This document shows positions 22,301 to 34,300 of a stretch of DNA of 49,834 nucleotides, piece after piece. Both the position numbers and the translations under genes were made by a program. This stretch comes from a virus (lineage: Duplodnaviria; Caudoviricetes): positions 1 to 49,834 of IMG/VR virus record IMGVR_UViG_3300012953_000046. One strand, written 5' to 3'. Position 1 is the first letter of the stretch; every line of letters starts with the position of its first letter. The notes beneath the pieces were generated by a model. The model did not search any database. It was not told the origin of the DNA and worked only from the letters and a program-made list of their open reading frames with translations.

Positions 22301-25300
22301 GGAATCGCTGCAAACAGATTCTTAGATGGAAAACGCAATATTGCTAATAATAAGCAAGTAATCATCGATTTCGCTGAAGCAAGCATTGCTGTTGAGTTTG
22401 AAGACTACTATTTCCCATCTGACATTATTACTAACTCTTGGAGTCGTTATAAGGACGCTTACAGGTTTATTCAGAAGAATAGAGCACTTATCATCGGAAT
22501 GGCTTTCGATGACATGAAAACTCAGTATCCTGGGTCTACTATTCCTTCAGATGACAAATGTAAGAGAGATATTGGATTATTTGTTGATGCTATCTCTATT
22601 GACGCATATTCAGGTGGAAACCGCTATTCTCGTAAGTTTATTCAACAATTCTTCGATACTAACGGTAATCTAACTTATGTTAATGCACAAGCTGCTGAAA
22701 CACGCTTTGCATACGAAAAGGCTAAAGATCGTTGCTTAGTTGCTATTACTAACGGTTATTCAGGTACAATCAACGCTGTTAACTCTGGAGACTCTTGGGT
22801 TGCTTATCAAGACCTTACAATCACTGCTGACCCTTCACCTAACGATGCTTACGGTACTGCTGGATCTAATACCTCCAATACTGATTCTGAGAACTGCTCA
22901 GACGTACAGTCTGCACTTTCAACACTTTGGGAGTTTATAGACGAAGCATTAAATATTTCTTCTCTAACTGAGCTTCCTGATGAAGCAGTGGGTGAATATT
23001 CACCTCATCAAGAGAAGTGCCGTCGTGACCTTGGATACATGATTGATTCTATTGCAGAAGATCTTGGATCTGGTGGTAACTATAATACCGTTGAATTTAC
23101 CAAAAAATTCTTCGATGCTGCTGGTGTACCTCTAACTAACGGTATTGTTGGAGAAGAGACAGAAGCAGTCTTTGCATTCAACTCTGCGAAGACATTAATG
23201 TATCAGGCGATTAATAACTTGATGTATTGGAAGGAACTCAATACTGCTGGTTATAACCTTAATGATCCTACAACTTACTCTGGTGGTGTTGCTCCTGCTC
23301 AAACTTACGATGCAAACTATGCATCTGGTAATAATCAGGATATTAACAACTGTGCTAACGTTAAATCTTATGTTGACACTTTAGCTGGTCTTGCAACAAC
23401 TGCAATGACTGCTGGTAACTTAACCAACATTAATAACCTTGCACTTGTTTCTGACGGCACATTTGTTGCTAATGAAACTGTAAGGACTACAAAACTTGCA
23501 TTCAAGGATAAGTCAACTGGATTATTCATTACTAACGATCAAATTAAGGGTATTACCTCTGGTGCTGTATTCAGTGCAATTGGAGTTAATTCTGGTCTTA
23601 AGTGGTTATTTGCTGGACCAATTACTGGTACATTCCAAAATGGCGAATATCTAACTAATTCCACTCTTACAAACACAAATTGCTCTCAAAGTGTAATAAT
23701 CAAGAAAGCTGAGTTACAGGGAACTAAATCGATCTTAATTCCAAGTAACGGTCAAATAGTCTTTAATGAGAGTAAAGATTTTGAATTTGGCACTGGAGAC
23801 TTCACAATTGAAGGATGGATCCGTCCTGGTGTCAATGTTGGCACACAGGTAATTGTGGACTTCAGAAGACTATCTGCTGCTAATGGATTGAATATCCTAA
23901 TGGATGGTCAGAAATTGAAGGTATATAACGGCACGACCAATACTATCCTTAGTACAGATGTATTTGCGACTACTGGTACTTGGTATCATATTTCAGTCTG
24001 TAGATCAAGTGGTGTTACACAGGCATTCGTAAATGGATCACAAGTTGGATCCAACTACGTTGATACTAATGATTACCTATATGGTGGACTAAAAGTTGGA
24101 GCAGACTTTAACCTAGCAAATGGTTGGAATGGTCATATTGATAACTTTGTTGTTAAGAAAGGAGTAGGTGATCGTCAAGCAAACTTCACTTCACCTAATA
24201 CAATTGATTATACTCTTGACACTATTGTTGCTGGTCTAGATGGTGAAGCACCATTTGTTTGCTCTACTACTGACTGTTATGCTACATTCTGTGGTCAGAA
24301 TTCTTCATCTGCAACTGCTAAGTCTGTTGATTATGCAGATAGAGATATCATTGTAGAAGACGTTGATACTGGTAGAGCAGAGCAGAAGAGATGTGCTGAT
24401 ATAATTGACCTTAATGGTGCTTGGATTGCAGAAGAAGCAGTCGGTAGAATGAAGGTTGCATTCCCAGACTTTACTATTCGTGGTGATGATCCTGGTAATA
24501 ACATATATGGTGGTACTAACCTTTGTGTAAGAGATACTAAGGATTACATTCTTGGTGCTCTAATTAAAGACCTTAGAGAAGGTGGAGATTTCCATACAAT
24601 CTATACTGCAAGGACTTATCTAACTGCTAGTGGTAAATTAGATCACATCGCTGCTGAGATTCTACAGTCTCTTTATACTTGGAATGAAGTATTTAAGATT
24701 GTTAATGTAGTCATTACCACAACAAGTACTGATCTAAGTGGTGAGTATAGCACTAGATTGAGAATACCTAATAACTTCTCATCTCCTGCTTCAAGTGCTA
24801 CAACCGATGAGATTGCCACTTTAGGAGATAACCTACTTAAGGTTGTTGCTCCTATGGATCAGAGATTCAGAGAAGGTGGTTATCAACTTTGGAAGAATAG
24901 AGATTATATTGCAGAAGAGGTTGCTGGTTATATTCAAGACAAATATGAGAAGGATATCGATGGTATCACATTTGACTTCCTTGAGATGCCTGGATATGGA
25001 CAACCATATTGTGAAAGAGATATTAAAGACTTCATACTTCCTGCTGTAATTGCTGACCTTGCTACAGGTGGCACATATCAGACTGAAGCAGTTATTGATA
25101 AGTATCTTGATAATCAGAATAATGTCATCCATGTTGAAGCTGAGCTTAATCCAATGCTTGATGCATTTGATTATACTAAGATGCTCTGCTTAAAGGCAAT
25201 TAACAACTTGTTAATGTCTCCAGGAGAAGCGTCTTCTGAGTTAGGAGCTGGTGCACCAACATATACTCAAGAAGAGTATTATTCACCTCAGTGGACTGCT

Positions 25301-28300
25301 AGATCTTCTTACAGAGATGAAACTATAGTACTTGACACTGAGGCATATCCTCAAGGTCCAACTGGTAGAAACTCTAATGACAGATATCTTGATGCTGCTG
25401 ACGTAATCTGGAATAACAGAAAGATTATTTCTAAGGAATGCGTAGCAATAATGAATGACCTCTCTAAGTTTGAGAATCTACAGATTCCTGGTGGAGCAGT
25501 CAATTGTGAAGATGACGTACTTGATATGATTGAGGCAGCGGTACATGACCTTCGCTTCGATTGTAACGAGAAGACATATGATGCTGCTGCATTGTATATT
25601 GAGACAGAAAATAACTCACTTAAGCATATTGAAGGTGAGTGGGAAGCATCTATCACTGTAGTTAAGATATTGAGAGATATCATGACAATGACAATGCGTA
25701 ATGCATTTGGTAGAGATTATATTGAAGGCACTGATCTACAGACAACACCAGTACAATCATATGAGCAAAACCCACGTGAGGTAATGTATCAGAAATGTGG
25801 TGATGCTATTGATGGCAATATCAGATATATCGCAGAGCAAGCAGTTGCTGCTGGATTAGTCCAATTCCCTAACTTACTCATCCCAGGTGGTCCTGCTAAC
25901 TGTGTGCATGACGTTACTGATATCTTAAGATCATTAGCGTTTAACCTTAAGTATGGTGGTAACAACTGGATGCAGTATTCTGCTGAATTCTATACCACTT
26001 ATAATGGTGCTTTAGATCATGTTGCTGCTCAGTCTACTGAGACCATCTGGATCATGAATAAGGCAAAAGAATTTGCTCTTCGTGCAATGAAAGGCCAGGT
26101 TATTACAAATAACGCTGGACATAATATTGATCAAAGATTCTATGATGCTGTCCCAAGACCTAACAATTCACTATTCAATTCTGTTGCTGATACAGGTATT
26201 ATTACTGGACAACCTAATAGTCTTGTAACTAGATCATTCATTGCTGGTGAAGATAAGATTTCTACAACTGATAGTGGCACTGGAATTGTAACTTCTGAAG
26301 ATGCAGTATTCCGTTGTGTTACAAAACTACCTTCTTCACCAATAGACTGCTGTTTATTTGAAGCAGGTGATTCAACATCTGGTGTTTGGTTAGGTATTAG
26401 AGATAGTGGTACATATTTCAGACTAAGAGCTGGTGATGGCACTAACGCTTACACTGGTGGAGCAAACAATAATGATAATGGTCTTGCAATGCTTGACCTA
26501 CAAATCAGTGGTCTATCTTCATACTTTGATGATGGTGACCACGAGATAGTATGGGAGATCCGTATTGGTGGTAATATTACTACTGGTAGTGGTAGAGTAA
26601 AACTTTGGATTGACGGCACACCTATTGGTGAAGCATCAACTCCTGGTGCTAGCTACACTGGTTTAACAGGTGGTGGTGGAATATTTGCTTCTTCTAACTT
26701 CGCTGGATATGCGATTGGTGGTGGATCTTTAGTTAACGGTGAAAGTGCTTCAATTAATACTTTCACAATTAATGTTGGTCCTGCTCCTAAGATTGAATAC
26801 GACATAACACATGCTGCTTATGATAGTAGTAATGGTGATATGGTAATGACCGTGGGGTCACACAACCATACTGTTGGTACTTTCTTATCACTTGCAACTA
26901 ACTCTATAAACTTCACATGTGATCAAGATAACAATGCTTCAACTCATTCTTATCCTAGATCTGGTGACCCAGCTGGTAATGCTGCTGTAGAAGTTATAGC
27001 AGTTGGTGCTACTGCACATACTATAGACTCTGCATCATACAATCCTGAGAATGGTAGCATGTCAATTACTCTACCTAATCATGGTATGAGCGATTCTACA
27101 TTGCATACTATATCTGATGCTACTTACGATCCTGATACTGGATTATTAGTATGTCAGTCTACTGCACATGGATTCCAAACTGGTGATCAAGTACAAATTA
27201 AGAATGGATCTCTAATCTTTACTTGTGCACAAGATAATCATAATACTAAGCACGGTTATCCTAGAGCGAAGGATCCTGCTGGTGATGCTTGGATGTTGGT
27301 AGAGCAAGTAACTACAAATAGTTTCACTGTTAACGTTGGTCAAACACCTAAGATCGAGTATGATGTATCTGATGCAGATTACAATCAGATAGATGGTGAA
27401 TTAGAATTGGAAATTGGTCAGCATCGTTTCGTTGGTGCTACACATCATGTTGCATCTCATGCTGAATATACTGCTGATAAAGGACTTCTAAAATTAACTG
27501 TTAGTGGTCATAAGATTACTAAGGGTGAGCAGATTCAGATCTTTGATAACTCCATGACATTCACATGCTCCATGGACAACTATTATAGTGAGCATGTATA
27601 TCCTAGATCTTCTGATCCTGCATCTGACAAATGGTTAGATGTTGTAGAGTCTGATATTCCTGGTGGTACGTTTACTGTTAACGTTGGAGTATCTCCAACT
27701 GTAGGTTGGAATCCAACTGCTGCATCATTTAACTCTACTACTGGTCAATTAGAATTGACAGTTGGATCTGGTCATGGTCTGACTACAGGTACTAATATTA
27801 AGATTGCATCTCAGTCATTATCATTTACTTGTGACATGGATGATAACAAATCTATCCATTCATATCCTCGTCACGTTGACCCAATACACAATGAGCCAAC
27901 ACCTATTGTTGGAGTAACTAATACAACAATTATTGTTAACGTAGGTAAGACACCTGAGCAACAATATAATGTAAGTAATGCAACATTTACTCCTGCTGAT
28001 GGTAAGTTAGTATTAACAACAGATAGAAAAACAACTCTTCGTCAATCTTCAGAGCATAGTATAGCTGGTGCGACATTTGATGGTCAAACTGGATTAATGA
28101 GATTGAAGGTTACTAACCACGGATTCTCTGCTGGAGATTACGTTAAGGTTGCTGACGGTGGAGTAAGTTTCACCTGTGATATGGACCAAAATTCTTCAGT
28201 CCATGCATATCCAAGAGCCACAGATCCAATGAGTGATAAGTGGATGGATATTAGAAATGTATCTAAAGATGAGTTTGATGTATATGTTGGACGTACTCCA

Positions 28301-31300
28301 CAAATTCCATTCTTAGCAACTGCTGGTGAGTTTGCACCTCTAACAGGTCATTTAAAACTAACCATTGGTGATCATAATCTATCTTCTGGAAAGAATATTA
28401 TGTTAGCAAAAGAAGCAATAACATTTACTTGCTTCTTAGATGCTCATCAATCACCACATGCTTATCCTAGATCAACTGGATCAAATTATGTTGGTAATGG
28501 TGGTGCTGACCCATTCTATAACAAGCCATGCCCAATCATACATGATGGATCACCTTTAACTGCAACTACAGGTACTTCATATAATCCTACAACAGGTATT
28601 ATGACTGTTGCTTGTGATTCTGCTCATGGAATGAGCAATGGTGATCAAGTTAAGTTTAAAGAAAATGCAGTAACATTCACCTGCTTAGAAGATAACAATG
28701 GTACAAACCATGCATATCCTAGATCTGGTGACCCATATGCTAATAGATGGATCACAGTATCTAATGTAGGTCTCTATACATTTGATGTCCAAGTATTAAG
28801 TTACGCTCCTTCAACTAACACTACTACTCATACATTCGTGCAGGGTAGCAGTGGTGGAATCACTAAGAAGGATGGCACAATTACTCTTGATGTAGGTGCA
28901 TCTTCAGATACTACAGATCATATCTTTGTCCCACATCCAGGTTACACTCCAAGCACTATCGTTTATAACCCAACAACAGGTGTTATGAACCTAACCATTA
29001 ATGGTCATGGATTCGAGAATGGAGATAAGATTAAGATTGATGATAATGCATTGACATTTACATGTGCAATGGATAATCATGCAACTGATCATACTTACCC
29101 TAGAGCATCTGATCCATCATCAGGAAAATGGTTAACAGTATCTAACGTAACTGAGCAGAGTTTTGATGTCCAAGTATTAACAACAATTCCTCAGAGTAAC
29201 ACAACTCTACACACATTTAAGAGTGCTAATCCTAACTGTGTTAAGAGAGCATCATTCATCTCTGGTGGAATCTATAACCATACTTACTCAACATCTGTTA
29301 CTAATTGTGTTAGACATGCTGGTGATAGTGTAAGAATTAAGGATAACGGTTTAACATTCAAGTGTGCTGCTGATGGTAACTCAAGCAACCACTCATATCC
29401 TCGTTCTGCTGTTACTACTCATACACCAACTAGCGTTTCTTATGATCCTGTTATTGGACGTATTAACTTCTATATTAACAATCATGGATTCCTTCCATTC
29501 TCACATATTAAGATTGCTGATAATTCACTACTCTTCACATGTAAGAAAGATGCAGATTCTACTGGACACCAGTATCCAAGATCTACAGATCCTATAAGTG
29601 GAAAGTGGGTACCTATTGTAGATGTTACTGCTAACACATTCAGTGTTGAAGTACTTGATGTTATTCCATCTACAAATACTACTCAACATTCATTCGTATC
29701 TTGTGATAATAACTGCATAACTCATAAGAAGGATCACTTCTACGATACTAACATTCCTGTATGGGAAATTGGTGAAACAGATCATACACCTTCTACTATT
29801 TCATACAACCCAACTGAGGGTAGTATGCAGATTACGGTTGCTAATAGTTTCGCAGGACCTAATGAGCTTACACCTAGTAATGTTACATTCTATCCTACTA
29901 CAGGTATATTAAGGTTAACTCAGAATGGTCACACTGTGAAGAATGGTGACATGATGATGATCAGAGATAGCGTCTTTACATTTAGATGTGATAAAGACAG
30001 TCAAGCATCTGATCACCTATATCCAAGACCTTCTGATCCTGTTTCTGGTAAGTGGTTAAAGGCATTTAATATTGGTAGTAACACATATGATCTACAGGTT
30101 GGTAATCTTTATGGTGACTCACCTATCTCTAATACTACAACTCACGTTTGTACAGTCATTCAAACTGGTGCAATTTATCATGCAAATGACTTTGTAAGAT
30201 TTGATGAGAATGCAATTACATTTACTTGCAGTAAGGATAACAATCAAACAAACCATACTTATCCAAGAAGATCTGACCCAACATACAGACAGTGGTTACC
30301 AATCCGTAATGTAAGTGCTACTGGATTCTCTGTCCAAGTTGGTAAGTCTGCTATTAATGATGTATACGATCATCAATTCGTTTCTGTTGATCCTAATTCA
30401 TTACATAGACAAACTGGTACTGTTACACTTGATGTTGGTAATGGTCAAATTACTAACCCAACAACTCATGTATTCCAAAGTGCTGTAAGTGGTGCATTAG
30501 TTGCTGGTGGTCAGTATGCTCATACCTACATTCCTGGTACTGAGACTTATACTGTAACTGATGCTAACTATCTACCAGCTACAGGTATGATGACCTTGAC
30601 AATTCCTAATCATGGATTCCATGATGGGGAGAGCATCAAGATCAACAATAACTCTTTAACATTCAGATGTTTACAAGATAGTTTGGGTAGTGATCATTCT
30701 TATCCAAGAAGTAGCGATCCTGTAAGTGGTAAGTGGATAACAATTTCCAATTGCACAGATAACACATTCGATGTCCAAGTACTTGAGAATGTCCCATCTA
30801 CAAACACAACATTACATCAATTCCAGTCTGCAACTCCTAATGGTGTTACTAGAGCACAAGTTGTAACTGGTGGTAATTACAGTCATAAGTTTGTTGCTCC
30901 TTCACAACTAACACCAACCAACGTTGCTTATAATCCATCAACAGGTATTATGACCATAACTTCTACGAAGCATGGTCTTAAGAATGGTGGAAGGATTAAG
31001 GTACAAGATGGATTTGTTACTATGACCTGCACACAGGATAGTAATCAAACTAATCACTCTTATCCAAGAGCATCTGACCCATATAGTGATGAGTGGATGA
31101 AGGTAAGTAATGTCACAGAAGATACATTTGACGTACAAGTATTATTCAATATTCCTTCTTCTAACACTACTACTCACACATTCGTATCAGCAGTACCTAA
31201 GAGTATTACTGTTGCGACATTAATGAAGGGTAATGATAGTATTAAGATTGCTGCTAATTCTCTAACATTCACATGTGCTAAAGATGGCAACTCTACTAAC

Positions 31301-34300
31301 CACACATATCCAAGACTTACAGATCCAGCATACAACAATTCATTAAGAATTATTGATGACGGTGTAACAAGACATACTCCAACTGGAGCAACTTATACTC
31401 CTTCATCAGGTACGTTGGTGATGACAGTAAGTAAGCATGGATTCTCTAACGGTGACTTCATCAAGTTAGATGATTATGCTTTAGATATGACTTGCACAAT
31501 GGATGATAATTCATCTAACCATGCATATCCAAGAGGCACAGACCCTGTAAGTGGTAAGTGGGTACAGATTACTAACGTAACTACTGACACTCTCGAAGTG
31601 AACGTTGGGTCAACTTCTGCTGCTACATTCACACCTACTGATGCTGATTATGATGCTTATACAGGAATTCTTGACCTTAATATTGGTAATCATTCACTTA
31701 AGCAAGGACAGCATGTTAAACTTGCTGACGGTGCAGTCACATTTACATGTGATATGGATTCTAATGGATCTCAACATGCTTATCCAAGAACAACTATTGA
31801 TTCATTCACTCCTACAGGTGCAGACTTTAACGGTGAGACAGGTTACCTGACTCTTACCTTAGAGAATCATGGAATGGATAATGGATCTCTTATTAAGATT
31901 GCAGACAATGCATTGTCATTGAATTGCACAATGGATGGTAACACATCTACTAAGACATATCCTAGATCTTCTGATCCTATCAGTGGTAAGTGGAAGACAG
32001 TAGAGAATAAGACAGACAATACTATTGATATCTTTGTTGGTAAGTCTGAGTTTAGAAGTTTCGATCCTCAGAATGTATCATACAATCAGTCTAACGGTAA
32101 TATGGTAATTACTGTTGGTCCTGATCATGGTATAGAAGTTAACGATAGCATCTATATCAATGAGTACTCGATGACATTCACTTGTGCTCAAGATAATCAT
32201 TCATCTGATCATACATATCCAAGAGCAAATGGTGTTGGTGGTGCAACTGCTAATGACCCTGCATTCCGTGATGCTGTTAATGTTACTGCTGTTGATGATA
32301 GCACTATTACAATTAACGTTAACTCATCACCTAGTGGATCTTCTAATCACGCTCATATCTTCAAACCTGCTGTAGGTAGAACACCAAGTAATGTAACTTA
32401 TAGTGGTGCATCAGGTGTTATGACAATTACCATGGAAGACCATGGAATGCTAGATGGTGAGCAAGTGATGATTGAAGATAACGCTTTGATCTTTACATGC
32501 TCTAAAGATGATCATGCAACTGAGCATGCTTATCCTAGACATGGTGATCCAGCAAGTAATAAGTGGTTAACAATTTCTAACGTAACTCAGGATACATTTA
32601 GAGTTGTAGTATTAGATAAGATTCCTTCTACTAACACATCTACACATACATTTGTAACTGCTAAGGTTAACTCAATCCTAAGAGGTACAATTAGAAAGGG
32701 TGGATCATTCTCTCATACATTTGTTTCTGCTGTCGGTGGTGGTGTAACTCATAAGAGAGACAGAGCATATGATCATTCTATAGAAATTAAGGATGTAGGA
32801 CATGCAGAATACACAGCATCTGGTGCAGCATATAATGCTGAGACTGGTGTATTAACATTAACTGTTTTAAATAACCCATTCAGTAACGGTAATAGAATTA
32901 AGTTGAAGCCAAACTCAATCACAATGACTTGTGATATGGATGGCAATGCTACCAACCACTCATATCCTCGTGAAGGAATTGACCCATCATATGATAAGTG
33001 GTTAGAGGTATCTGGTGTTTCTGGTAATAACCTTAACGTCCAGATCGGTACTACAACTCGTGCTAACTATCTTGTTTCTGATTCAACATATGATCCTACT
33101 ACAGGTGATATGACACTTAAGATTGGACCTCATGGTTATCATGGTGGATCCTCTCATACTATCACTAATGCATCATATGATCCTATCTCAGGTGATATGG
33201 TATTGACCATACCTGCTCATGGATTTACTATCGGTGATAGAGTTAAGGTCGCTCCTGATTCACTTTCATTCACATGTGGAATGGATGGAAATACATCTAC
33301 TAAGACATATCCTAGGACAACAGATCCGAAGTATAATCAGTGGATGACCATCAGTGATATAACTCATGACACATTTAAGGTCAACGTAGGTACTTCACCT
33401 CAGTCGTCACATAACGTAACAAATGCTAACTACAACCCAACATCGGGTGACATGGAGTTAACAATTGGATCACATACTTTAGACGTTGGTGATAGTATAA
33501 GAATTAAACCTAATTCATTGACATTCACTTGTGATTTCAATGGAGATGGTAACACAACTAATAAGACATATCCAAGATCATCTGGTGCTTCTACTGCAAA
33601 TGGTAAGGACTATGCATATGACACTGCTCTACCAATCAGTGCTAAGACTGCTACAACAATCACAGTTAATGTTAATGGAAATCAGGGAGCAATCACTGAC
33701 GTAACGACACATAACTGGGCAGGTGGTACGTCTGCTGGTGCTGTATTCAGTGGTGGTGGATATGCACATACATTTATCAATGCTGGTATTAATGGACTTA
33801 AGGTTTCTCATGAAGCAATATGGATCGAAAATGAGTCATTAGTATTCAAGTGTGGTTTAGATTCATTCGCAACTGAGCACAAGTATCCTCGTGCAAACGG
33901 TCAAGGTGGTGCTTCTGCTGATGATCCATACTATGATACTTCTATTCCAATTCAAACAGTTACTGCTGATAGCATAACAGTTAACGTTGGTATTTCTTCT
34001 AATATTTCTGATCATACATTTGTAAGATCTGAGAATGCATTCACACCTACAGGTGCATCATTCACACCTGGTAGTGGAGCATTAGTATTAACAATTGCTG
34101 GTCACCCATTTGCTAATGGAGACAAGATTCAGATTAAGGATGAGTCTATCGTATTCAGATGTCAGCAAGATAGTTACGGAAGTAATCATGCATATCCTAG
34201 AAAACAGGATCCTGCGTCTAACAACGCATGGTTAACTGTTACCTATATTGATGCTAACTCTTTCTCAGTTAACGTTGGTACTTCTTCTAACACTACAACT

